Assembly (NCBI GenBank): GCA_963711835.1
Contig: CAVQFQ010000011.1
Span: forward strand, 1 to 64,000
Origin: an uncultured delta proteobacterium
GTDB lineage: Bacteria > Desulfobacterota > RBG-13-43-22
DNA length: 64,000 nt
Reading direction: 5' to 3'
Shown here: piece after piece, positions 54,085 through 63,594 of the stretch
Layout of the letters: each line of letters begins with the position of its first letter
How positions within the stretch are numbered: the first letter of the stretch is position 1
Program-made: the position numbers and the translations under genes
The notes under the pieces: model-generated
The model's database searches: none
What the model was told of the DNA's origin: nothing
Seen by the model: only the letters and a program-made list of their open reading frames with translations

Positions 54085-55072
54085 ATGGGTAAAAAGCAAA
54101 GTAGGATAGGTCGGCCTCTTTACCTTTTCTTTGTCTGCATCATAATAACACCAATTCTAATAGGCGGGTGCAGTCACTTTAATGAGGGATTTCAGGCCAG
54201 GTCAACCTTCAAAGAAGCGAATGATCTTTTCAACCAGGGAAGCTACCAGGCCTCTCTGGGCAAATATGAGCAGATTATTGAAAAATATCCCACGGCGGGA
54301 GACAGGGTTCTTTTCGAGATGGGTATTATCTATGCCTATCCTGGGAATGAGCAAAAAGATTATCAGAAATCTCTGGAATGTTTTCAGAAACTCATAAAGG
54401 ATTACCCGGGGAGCGGGTACAGGAAGGACAGTGAGATGATGATATTTCATATCAAAAATGTCATTATCAAGGATAAGACGATTGCTGCGCAGCAAACACA
54501 GATTGAGACTCTCCAACAAGAGGTTAAAAGCAAGGGGAATGAGATTATTACCCTGCAAAAAAAGATTGAAGCGCTTGAACAAGAGGTTAAGAGCAAAGAG
54601 AATGAGATTATTACACTGCAAAAAGAAGTTTCTGCACTCCAGACGGGACCGGCAGATAAAATTCTGATAGAAAAGAAAGAACGACGATTGACGTTGATCT
54701 CAAAGGGCAAGGTGCTCAAGACCTACAAAATAGCCTTGGGGGGAAACCCGAATGGTCCAAAAGAAAGGCAAGGCGATAACAAAACCCCGGAGGGAACCTA
54801 CGTTATCGATTCAAGAAACAAGGACAGCCGTTATCACCTGTCTCTTCATATTTCCTATCCAAACGAGAAAGACAAAAAGCGGGCAAAAGAACTTGGTGTT
54901 TCTCCGGGCGGAGACATCATGATCCACGGCATTAAGAATGGTTTCTCGTGGGCTGGTGATTTTCACACAGAGGTTGACTGGACGAAAGGGTGTATTGCCG
55001 TTACAGACGAAGAAATAGAGGAAATTGACAAGTTAGCGCCCAAATGGTACGATTGTTGAGATAAGGCCATAG
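54085..55072 (+). CDS. YkuD-domain lipoprotein of YafK/DpaA-like type with TPR-like and coiled-coil linker (frameshift near 55040)
   Basis: Lipobox IGGC, TPR-like helices, coiled coil, GPKERQGDNKTPEG.Y, YHLSLHISYPN, GGDIMIHG, DWTKGCIAV. Confidence 0.85.
54502..54627 (+). repeat. 63-bp (21-aa) tandem duplication in the coiled coil
   Basis: IETLQQEVKSKGNEIITLQKK / IEALEQEVKSKENEIITLQKE. Confidence 0.9.
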
Positions 55073-55123
55073 AAGGCCGCATAACTTATCGTTCCGCTTA
55101 GTAGATGCAGCTCACAAAGCAGT

Positions 55124-55276
55124 AAGGGTCTTCCACTTTTTCCCCTGATCCTTTTCTATTCAAAAAACCCAGACCTGCACAGTCACGTTTTCTTCAGAAG
55201 ACCCCCGTTGTCCCCTTGCCTTTGACCCCATTTTCCCCTTGACGGTGTTCTTTTTCTTGTTTTATAGTCCTACCAT
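55124..55276 (+). repeat. About 155-bp direct repeat, copy 2, with sigma70 promoter
   Basis: Aligns to 48580-48736. Confidence 0.9.
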
Positions 55277-55424
55277 AAAAAATATTATCATTTAATTCCA
55301 TCTGTTTCAATGCCCGGAAGCAGGTGAAAAATGGTCGGTTTTTTTCGTTAATGTTCTTGTGGAGAGAAATGTACGGAGAATAAGTTCAATCTTTCGGTGA
55401 CCAAAAGCAGCGGTTTGGAAAAAC

Positions 55425-56249
55425 ATGAAAATATTCATCATCGCCGACATCGAAGGCGCCGTCGGAGTCAGTAAGCGGAGCCAGTGCTATTTCATGAAGC
55501 CGGATTTTCAATACGGAAGGCGATGCCTGACTGACGATGTGAACGCCGTCGTCAAGGGCGCGATCGAAGCCGGAGCGGACAGTATCGTTGTTCGAGACAC
55601 ACACGAGACAGGGCAGAATATCATCAGGGAGAATCTGCCTCCCGGAGTCGAATATATCGGCGGCCAACTGGATCGACCGTTCCCGATCCTTGGCGATCCC
55701 AGCGGCGCGGATCTGGTTTTTCTGGTGGCCTCCCACGCGCGTTCAGGCAGTCCCGGCGGTTTCTTCCCGCATACTTTTTTCGGTGGTTTCAGCGAAGTGC
55801 GGATAAACGGGAATCCCGTTGGCGAGGCTTCCATTTACGCCGCCACCCTTTCCGAGTGGGGCATCCCGATAGCCTTCAACTCCGGGGACAGACAAGCGAT
55901 TCGTGAATCCCTGTCCATAATGCCCTGGCTCAAAACCGTGGAGGCTCCGAAGGAGGAAGAGTATTATTCCCTTCCCCAAGCGGAGGAAAGAATCTCGGCC
56001 CTGCGGGAGCGGCTCCGCGCCGGCGCCTTCGAAGCCGTGAAAGGCGCCATGGAAATGAAATGCCTGGAATTACAGCCGGATTCATTCTGGGAAGTGGATA
56101 TTAAAAATCCTGATTTAGCAGAAAAAATAAAAGTGGCGGAGGCATCACTGGCCGGCAGTACCCTGAGCTGGCGCGCAGGAACCTATCTGGAGGGATTCGA
56201 CACCTTTTTCAGGCTGGTTCAGGCGGCCTTCCTGGCCTACAGTTCATAG
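55425..56249 (+). CDS. Peptidase M55 (DppA-type D-aminopeptidase)
   Basis: MKIFIIADIEG, V.DTH, HAR.G..G...HTF, INGNPVGE, SGD. Confidence 0.85.
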   Translation: MKIFIIADIEGAVGVSKRSQCYFMKPDFQYGRRCLTDDVNAVVKGAIEAGADSIVVRDTHETGQNIIRENLPPGVEYIGGQLDRPFPILGDPSGADLVFLVASHARSGSPGGFFPHTFFGGFSEVRINGNPVGEASIYAATLSEWGIPIAFNSGDRQAIRESLSIMPWLKTVEAPKEEEYYSLPQAEERISALRERLRAGAFEAVKGAMEMKCLELQPDSFWEVDIKNPDLAEKIKVAEASLAGSTLSWRAGTYLEGFDTFFRLVQAAFLAYSS

Positions 56250-56443
56250 ATTAAATATTGGCGTTCTTAATCTTTTCTCGGCATCCCTACACTACAATGC
56301 AATTATTTTAATATTTCATGATTTTGCCGCTGATAACGCGGATTGCGAGGATTCTTTAAAAATCTTGAATACAGCGGCGGACATTAAAATTTCCCCGGCG
56401 ATCCTTTGATCTCGAAAAAATAGTGTTGTATCTTATTTGAAAT

Positions 56444-57304
56444 ATGAATCAAGAAAAAGAAAACATGCCCGCGGCCGGGGATCTTTCCCCCTTTGAAGGC
56501 ATCCGGCGAAAAAATTCAGCCGGTGTTGAATACTGGTCCAGCCGGGACTTTGCCCTGGTACTGGGTTATAGTGACTATCGAAACTTTGAGACCGTCCTGG
56601 GAAAGGCCCGGTTGGCCTGTTTCAACAGCGGCCACCGCATCGAAGACCATTTCGTTGAGGTCACCGAAATGGTCCCTATCGGCAGTGGTGCACAGCGGCC
56701 CATTAAGACCGTTTTGCTTTCGCGTTACGCTTGTTACCTCATCGTTCAAAACGCAGACCCCTCCAAAGAAATCGTCGCTCTGGGTCAAAATTATTTTGCC
56801 CTTCAAACCCGGAGGCAAGAGCTTTCCGAAAGGACGACCGAGGAAGTTCGGCGCTTGCTTTTACGTGAAGAAATGAAGCTGCATAATATCCGGCTGGCGG
56901 GTACGGCCCGGGTCGCCGGCGTCATCGAGTCCAGGGATTATGCCATCTTTCAGGACCACGGCTATCGCGGCCTCTATGGCGGGTTGGGGGCTAAAGATAT
57001 TCACCTTCGCCGAGGCTTAAAGAAAAGCCAGCATATTCTCGATCATATGGGCAGTACGGAACTGGCCGCCAATCTGTTCAGGACTACTCAGACCGAGGAA
57101 AAACTCCGTCGTGACAAGGTCAGGGGTAAAGAAAAGGCTAACCTGACTCATTGGGAAGTCGGCGAGAAGGTTCGGAAGACCATTCAAGAGCTGGGCGGGA
57201 CCATGCCTGAAAATCTGCCACCGGCCGAAAACATCAGGAAACTGGGAACGAAAAAAAAGAAGCAACCCAAGGCCTTGAAAAATCGCAAGCCCGATGCAAG
57301 CTAA
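56444..57304 (+). CDS. dinD: DNA damage-inducible protein D
   Basis: EYWSSRD..LGY, LSRYACYLIVQNADP.K, YFA.QTR.QE, FQDHGY.GLYGG, ILDHMGSTELAANLFR, GGTMPE.LP. Confidence 0.92.
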   Translation: MNQEKENMPAAGDLSPFEGIRRKNSAGVEYWSSRDFALVLGYSDYRNFETVLGKARLACFNSGHRIEDHFVEVTEMVPIGSGAQRPIKTVLLSRYACYLIVQNADPSKEIVALGQNYFALQTRRQELSERTTEEVRRLLLREEMKLHNIRLAGTARVAGVIESRDYAIFQDHGYRGLYGGLGAKDIHLRRGLKKSQHILDHMGSTELAANLFRTTQTEEKLRRDKVRGKEKANLTHWEVGEKVRKTIQELGGTMPENLPPAENIRKLGTKKKKQPKALKNRKPDAS

Positions 57305-57340
57305 CCCGAATCAGGCCAAGAAACCTGTCTGCCTTTGACT

Positions 57341-58274
57341 TTAATTAAGGGTCTCCTCCGGAACGGAAGCCATTTTCCCCAACCATTCCCGGAGTGGTTC
57401 TTCGATAGGCAGGATAGACCGCCAATCCTGTTTTTGGAAAAAACGAAATTCGTCATACCTGCAGGTCAAAAGTTCGTTCAAGGTTGTGGGACGGTGAGCA
57501 GCCGGATAACGGCTGTGAAGGAACCAAGGGTAGTTGACCCGGGAGGAGAACAACTGAATTTCAGACCGGCTCATTCCGGCGATTATGGTCGCAGCCAGAA
57601 TCGCCTGGTGGATGAAGAGGTGGTACAAGAAGTCTTGTTTATAAAAGTCATTCCATTGCGGGTCCCGATATAATCGCCGAAAGTTGGCGCTCCAGGTGCG
57701 CAGTATTTCCTTCTCCGGGCGAACGACCAGCAAGCCCGGCATTGAACTGGGCCCGGATAGGCACCTCATCCACAACGGTCGTCAAAGGAAAAACGTTTTC
57801 GGCGGGTGTTTGGCAACCGCGATAAATTAACTCCCAAAAATGATTGACCGGTTCTTCATAAAGGGAACTGATATTTTTCAGCATGACCGGGCAGCCTCCA
57901 AGCTGCTTCCCGGCTTTCAGCCGAAACTCGGTGGGTTCGTTGAGGACCAGGGTGTCCGAATCCATCCAGACCAGCAGGTCGGCTTGACCATGAGCCAGCG
58001 ATTCTGCGGCGGCGGAGGCGATGACTTTAGCGCCGAACCAAAACTCCAGAGTCTTCTGATCAACATCGAAGGGAATGAGTTCCGCGCCCAGGTCGTTTAA
58101 TTCCTTAAGCACGGGCTCGGAAAGGGTTTCAAGTTTCTGCGGGATCAATGCCCAAACAGGATGGTTTCTCAAATTGCCGGCCAACCGGCGAATGCTCTGC
58201 ACCAGCAAAAGCGACTCTGTTTCCGAACCCCGATAGGCGGGCATAAAAGCAAAAATCAAATCCTGTCGTTTCAT
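57341..58274 (-). CDS. Hypothetical protein, glycosyltransferase-like (DSD motif), frameshift near 57740
   Basis: LLVQSIR..AG, WMDSDTLVL.EP, FNAGL, FIHQA.L, NYP. Confidence 0.6.
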
Positions 58275-58299
58275 TATAGGCCTAAGGAATTAGAGTTTT

Positions 58300-59097
58300 T
58301 TATTCTAAATACTCAATCTCTCCGAACAATAAATCATTTTGTCCATGGGAAATAAAAGCCCCGGTGTATTCTTTGACCTTCAGTTGATTCAAGCCGGCCA
58401 TAATATGAGCCGATAAAGGGGCTTCTTCCCATTTCGGGGTAAAGAATTTATGAGTACCCTGGGCCACCCAGGCGGAATCAAGTTTAGACTGGCTGCGCAG
58501 AGTGGTCGGAAGGCTGAGGTCCGGACCTTTCTGGTCGGCATTCGATATATATTTCCAGCAAAACCAGTTGCCGTTTTTGGATTCGGCATCGATCTGGGCC
58601 AGGTTTTCAGCCGGAATCGGATTCAGGTCGGTAACGGTGGCTTCGACCAGGGTCATTCCTTTTTCAGAGCAGAGGAAACGGCGTCCCTGGTCTTTAGTAA
58701 TCTGGAGGTCAGGGATATCCGCGTACAATTTCGGAGCGCCGAGATGCTCACGCCCGATCATAATGGGCAGGAAATCGTTCTCCCAAAGGACCGCTGAAAA
58801 GGCGCCGCTGTAGGTCTTTTTCTTGCCGACCCAAACCGCAGAAAAATTCACACCCACGATGTTGTAGCCGAAACCGGCCAGGAAGCTGACCTCGCGGCAA
58901 TATTGGGCCCAGACGGTGACGGTGGGGACATCGGGCGGTTCAAAACCGGGAGCCAACATCGAAGCCAGGACATCTTTATCGGTAATATAGGTGACGTATA
59001 TCCCGGTCAGGTCTCCATAATGGAGCACCGGGGTGACCGGGGCCGGCCCGAAGTGAGCCGGTTGAAAGTAGGGTTTGGCTTGAAAATCATAGGCCAT
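58300..59097 (-). CDS. Acetoacetate decarboxylase family protein
   Basis: Y.QPAHFGP, Y.TD...L...L.PGFE, LAG.GYN, VLWEN...PI..GRE.LG.PKLYADI. Confidence 0.85.
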   Translation of the reverse strand: MAYDFQAKPYFQPAHFGPAPVTPVLHYGDLTGIYVTYITDKDVLASMLAPGFEPPDVPTVTVWAQYCREVSFLAGFGYNIVGVNFSAVWVGKKKTYSGAFSAVLWENDFLPIMIGREHLGAPKLYADIPDLQITKDQGRRFLCSEKGMTLVEATVTDLNPIPAENLAQIDAESKNGNWFCWKYISNADQKGPDLSLPTTLRSQSKLDSAWVAQGTHKFFTPKWEEAPLSAHIMAGLNQLKVKEYTGAFISHGQNDLLFGEIEYLE

Positions 59098-59364
59098 TAT
59101 AATTCTCCTTCCAAATTGAGATGTCTGAACTTCTTTTCTTTCTAAAGTATATGAAGATTGACAGGGGAGTGTCAAAAGAATTTTAAACCATTTAGATATG
59201 GGGTATGGTATTGTTGAGCATGACCTGATAATAGGCAACTGAAGCGGCGATAGCCGGTCAAGTCCAGGCAAAGCCTGAGCCACATTCCGAATATTCACCT
59301 GATTTTAGAGCTTTTCAGCCAATAACCCGGGATTAGACAAAAAGAAAATAATCATGGAGGATGA

Positions 59365-60168
59365 ATGATGCACCCGCTGATCAATGAACAGATGGTCGAG
59401 CATATCCGGGTCACCGGCCATGCCCTTGAGGATCAACCGAACCGGGTGGAGATCATGGACTCGCTGGGCCTTCCTTACGATCGCCCGGCAGAAAATATCG
59501 TCATCATGGGTTGCCAGAATCTCAGGCTCATGCCTTCGGTGATCCAAACCTTGGCCCGTATCCTGGAGCGGGGCGGGATGGATTTCACCTTTCTCTCCCG
59601 GGAATACTGCTGCGGCAACTACCTCTACCGCCCGGCCATCCAGGCCAGGGACGAAGAGGCGATGAGGGAATGCCGTTCTTATTCGAAAGAATTCACCAGC
59701 CTGAATATTAAGCAGATGAAAAAACTGGGGGGCCGGAGGCTGATCCTCTTCTGCTCCCCCTGCTACCCCATTTACAAACAGGCCTTTCCCGATGAGGACG
59801 TTATCTATTATCCCCAGGCCCTTTCCGAAGTGGTCGGCGCACTGCATTGGCCTAAAGAAATCGACTATTACGCCGGCTGCTACAAGCTTCACCGGAAATT
59901 TGCCGACCTCCCCATGGATCTGAAATCAACCAATTCGGTCTTTAGCCAGATCGAAGGGCTTTCCATCAACCGGATCAGCGCCCCCGCCTGCTGCTACAAA
60001 CCGGAGGGCCTGGCCCATATGATCGGTCAGGTCAAAACGGACTGTATGGTCCATATCTGCACGGGATGTTATGGCCAGGCGACCCTCAACATGCCCAAGG
60101 AAAAGCAGGTCAAGATCCTCATGCTGCCGGAGTTCATCGACATGATCCAGCAAGGAGACATACGGTGA
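59365..60168 (+). CDS. CCG-domain Fe-S protein
   Basis: MGCQ, EYCCGN, FCSPC, YYAGC, ACCY, HICTGC. Confidence 0.8.
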   Translation: MMHPLINEQMVEHIRVTGHALEDQPNRVEIMDSLGLPYDRPAENIVIMGCQNLRLMPSVIQTLARILERGGMDFTFLSREYCCGNYLYRPAIQARDEEAMRECRSYSKEFTSLNIKQMKKLGGRRLILFCSPCYPIYKQAFPDEDVIYYPQALSEVVGALHWPKEIDYYAGCYKLHRKFADLPMDLKSTNSVFSQIEGLSINRISAPACCYKPEGLAHMIGQVKTDCMVHICTGCYGQATLNMPKEKQVKILMLPEFIDMIQQGDIR

Positions 60169-60230
60169 GAACTGCAGCCGAAGCACCAAAATATAAAGAA
60201 ACCAAGAAATCCTAAAGGAGAACGGACGTT

Positions 60231-61319
60231 ATGACTTATCCCAAACTGAGTGCTCCCCTGACCATTAAAAAAACCACATTTAAAAACAGGGTTGTTTTCC
60301 CGCCGGTTCAAACCAACTACGCGGCCTCTGACGGGAAGACAACCCAGCGGCATATCAATTTTTACCAAAATATTGCCAGAAATCATGTGGGCCTGACGAT
60401 CGTGGGCGCGACAGGAATAAACCCATATTCAAGACTTGGAGATCATGCCTTCTGCCTATATGATGAGCAGCAGACTGAGTCGGGAAAAACACTTTTTAAG
60501 GCCATCAGGAATGCCGGTTCGATCCCGGCAGTCCAGATCAATCATGGCGGTCGGGTGATGAATCCGAAGCTGGCCGGGGATAAGCTTATTGGACCATCGG
60601 CGATCGCTTCACCGGCAACCAAAAGAATTCCCCATGAACTAACGGTTGAAGAGATACAGGAAATCATACAGCAGTTCGTTCGAACAGCAGGGAATGCCAA
60701 GAAGGCAGGCGCCTCAATGGTGGAATTGCATGGCGCTCATAGTTTCCTCCTGAATCAATTCCTGTCTCCGGCCGCCAATAAAAGAACCGATCACTACGGG
60801 GGCAGCACAGAGAACAGGGCTCGTATTGTAAGGGAAATTCTCAAACAGATACGTGAAAAAGTAGGCGAAGAGTATATCCTGGGCCTCCGCCTGAGTGTGG
60901 TTGAGTTTGTGGACGGCGGTTTGACCTTAGAAGAAAGCTGCGACCTGATCAAGATGTTTATTGATGACGGTCTTGATATTATACATGTGTCTGCCGGCGG
61001 AATCGATTCCGGTCCCAAAATGATTGAGGCAGCGGCCAGTGGTGAACTTATACGGCTGGCCGGTGAAGTAAAAGAAACAGTCAACATCCCGGTCATAGCC
61101 GTAGGGGGGGTGCTCAACCTTGATCAGGCCGAAAAGGCCCTTGAACAGGGGCTGGCTGACATGGTTGCCATTGGTCGTGGTCTGATCGCCGACCCCGAGC
61201 TTGTTACTAAGACGCTTGAGAACAGGCTTGAGGAGATCGTTGAATGCCAGCTCTGCCTGCAGTGTTTCATGCCGACTGAAGTTCCAGGCATGACCTGTAC
61301 GGTGAATGAAAATATTTAA
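60231..61319 (+). CDS. NADH:flavin oxidoreductase (OYE family)
   Basis: KNRVVFPP, QINHGGR, ELHGAHSFLLNQFLSP..NKRTD.YGGS.ENR, GRGLIADP, CQLCLQC. Confidence 0.92.
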   Translation: MTYPKLSAPLTIKKTTFKNRVVFPPVQTNYAASDGKTTQRHINFYQNIARNHVGLTIVGATGINPYSRLGDHAFCLYDEQQTESGKTLFKAIRNAGSIPAVQINHGGRVMNPKLAGDKLIGPSAIASPATKRIPHELTVEEIQEIIQQFVRTAGNAKKAGASMVELHGAHSFLLNQFLSPAANKRTDHYGGSTENRARIVREILKQIREKVGEEYILGLRLSVVEFVDGGLTLEESCDLIKMFIDDGLDIIHVSAGGIDSGPKMIEAAASGELIRLAGEVKETVNIPVIAVGGVLNLDQAEKALEQGLADMVAIGRGLIADPELVTKTLENRLEEIVECQLCLQCFMPTEVPGMTCTVNENI

Positions 61320-61601
61320 TGTTCATAAATTAGCCTGCCTTTTGCCTGAATGAAAAAGAGAGATAACGAGGATAGACTTCTTTCAAGCCCGTCGTCCCTA
61401 ACGACTAAATAATGAGGAGGTTCTACCAAATCTCAAGTTCTGGAGATTTTTGGAAGCAAGTACCAATCATCCGGGAAACCGTTTTTCTGGCCTCGGAGGA
61501 GAGCCCGGCCTCCCGGGAGTTGTCAGGTCCGGGCAATTATGGTAAAAAAAACAGGTACCTGATCAGAATTCAGGCAAAAACAATAAAAGGAGAAAGACGA
61601 T

Positions 61602-62360
61602 ATGAAATTCATCGATTTGTCGGCTTTGATAGAGCCCAGTCCGGAAGAAGTGCCGGAGTTTTTACGAACGGATATTGAGTATCAGTCCCATGCCGCGGGT
61701 GCGGCCGGAATTCAGGGCATGTTTAATGTTCCCCCCGATCTGCTTTTTCATGGGGAAGGTTGGGCCGTGGAAAGGATAACCAATCTGGGGACCCATAGCA
61801 CCACCCACATTGATGCCCCCTGGCATTACAACAGTCAGATCCAGGGAAAAAGATCTGAAACCATTGATGAGCTTCCTTTGGAATGGTTTTTTAGTGACGG
61901 GGTGATCCTGGATATGACCCGCAAGGCCGATGGGGAGGGGATGACCGCCGAGGATGCCCAAAAGGAGCTTAAGCGTATCCAATATACCTTGAAACCCCTG
62001 GACATCGTCATGGTGCGTAGCGGAAGAGATGCCTTTTATGGACAACCCGACTATATGTTCCGGGGCTGCGGGGTTACCGCCGAGGCCACCCATTGGTTGT
62101 TTGATCAAGGGATCCGGGTTATGGGAATCGATGCCTGGGGTTGGGACACTCCCTTGGACCGGCAGGCCCAGGAGGCCTTGAGCAGCGGAAAACCGAGGGT
62201 ATTCTGGGCTGCCCATCAGGCTGATTTGCCTTATGCCCAGATCGAACGATTGATGAACCTGGGAGGACTCCCCCCCTATGGATTCAAAGTGTCCTGCTTC
62301 CCCTTGAAGATCAAGGGGGGCAGTGCCGCCCCGGCCCGGATTGTGGCCATGGTACCGTAG
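61602..62360 (+). CDS. Cyclase family metal-dependent hydrolase (kynurenine formamidase-like)
   Basis: GTHSTTHIDAPWH, GIDAWGWD, QIERL.NL, FPLKI.GGSAAP.R.VA. Confidence 0.9.
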   Translation: MKFIDLSALIEPSPEEVPEFLRTDIEYQSHAAGAAGIQGMFNVPPDLLFHGEGWAVERITNLGTHSTTHIDAPWHYNSQIQGKRSETIDELPLEWFFSDGVILDMTRKADGEGMTAEDAQKELKRIQYTLKPLDIVMVRSGRDAFYGQPDYMFRGCGVTAEATHWLFDQGIRVMGIDAWGWDTPLDRQAQEALSSGKPRVFWAAHQADLPYAQIERLMNLGGLPPYGFKVSCFPLKIKGGSAAPARIVAMVP

Positions 62361-62400
62361 TCATCTGAAGAACTTAATCTTAAAACATCTTCAGACAGAA

Positions 62401-62440
62401 AGGTTGACTTTAACCGAATCCTATGTTTTAAAGTTAACCT
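62401..62440 (+). promoter_or_regulatory. Inverted-repeat operator overlapping a TTGACT promoter
   Basis: AGGTTGACTTTA...TAAAGTTAACCT. Confidence 0.5.
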
Positions 62441-62477
62441 AAATCGGCTTCGTAAAAGATGGAAATCCAAACCCTGA

Positions 62478-62547
62478 GAGGATGGTCCATGAAGCAGCTC
62501 AACAAAACCCCATTGTTCTGAAAAAGGAAGATGGGGTTTTGTTTTTT
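62478..62547 (+). promoter_or_regulatory. 5' leader with RBS, 10-codon uORF (MKQLNKTPLF) and intrinsic terminator
   Basis: GAGGATGGTCC-ATGAAGCAG..TGA overlapping AACAAAACCCCAT/ATGGGGTTTTGTT plus T run. Confidence 0.6.
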
Positions 62548-62606
62548 AGGTTGGAGGATAAAAGGGAGGAGAAGGATCGGATTCTCGGCCGGGAAAGGAG
62601 ATTTTG

Positions 62607-63458
62607 ATGAAGAAGACGATCTGCATTCTGCATCCCGGGGGCTGGGATGAATCGAGCTCTTACGCCATCGCCTTCGTCGAGGCCCTCAACCGGATCAAAA
62701 ACCCGGACACGGATTATTTCGTCAAGGCCTGCCCGCCCGGTCCGGGAAAATATCCAGTCGTTGATTATTTTATGAATGCGCTGGAGATACCGAAACTTTG
62801 TGCCGGGGCCCTGGAGGCCGAAAAAGAGGGAGCGGATGCCATTGTCATCGCCTGCACAGACGATCCGGGGCTTAGAATTATCAGGACATTAGTGGATATA
62901 CCCGTTATAGGTGAAGTCGAATCATCCCTGCATCTGGCCTGTATGATGGGTCACAGGTTCGGCCTGGTCTCCTGGCCAACGCGGGCCTTTATGAACCGAG
63001 GAGAAAACCTGATCCGGCTGTATGGATTGGAGGGAAAAGCCGTCGGTCAACCGACTGAACCGGTCCTGACTCCATCTCCCACAGCGGAAAAGGAGGCGAG
63101 AAAAGGGTTTCTGGACCCGGGCGGGTTCTGCCGACAGTATGTCGTTCCCGCTGCCAACAGGCTCATCAACAGGGGGGCGGACGTCATAGTCATGCACAGC
63201 ACCGGCCTCAGCCTTTTGGCTGAGGCCGGTGGTCTTTCGAGAATTGATGAACCGGATGCCCCGAGGGATACCATAAAGGCAGGGATTCCCGTTCTCAGCG
63301 TAGTATCGTCAGCACTGAAAATGGCCGAGATCAGGGTTGATTTGCACAGGATTCTGGGTCTGCCGAGTGCAAGCCGGTTCGGTATCTATCAGCTGGCCAG
63401 AGAAGTGGTCGGAGAGACCAGTTTCAAAACGATGGTGGAGTCATTCGGATCAGGTTGA
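62607..63458 (+). CDS. Asp/Glu/hydantoin racemase family protein
   Basis: AEKEGADAIVIACTDDPGL..IR.LVDIPVIG, GHRFG, GADVIV..STG. Confidence 0.82.
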   Translation: MKKTICILHPGGWDESSSYAIAFVEALNRIKNPDTDYFVKACPPGPGKYPVVDYFMNALEIPKLCAGALEAEKEGADAIVIACTDDPGLRIIRTLVDIPVIGEVESSLHLACMMGHRFGLVSWPTRAFMNRGENLIRLYGLEGKAVGQPTEPVLTPSPTAEKEARKGFLDPGGFCRQYVVPAANRLINRGADVIVMHSTGLSLLAEAGGLSRIDEPDAPRDTIKAGIPVLSVVSSALKMAEIRVDLHRILGLPSASRFGIYQLAREVVGETSFKTMVESFGSG

Positions 63459-63594
63459 AATTGTGATCGGACCAGACGAGGGGTTGAATTGCTGGAGAAT
63501 ACATTAAAAACGAAGCTGAAAAAAGGTCTAAAACCGGTCTTTGAGCATAGTTAAAATTGTCCCATTAATTAACGATCTAATTGAGACTTACAAA

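Noticed and set aside
63489-63553. Short remnant resembling an aldolase N-terminus (LENTLKTKLKKGLKPVF); similarly an SDR-like scrap near 61470
   Set aside because: Too short to support a call.
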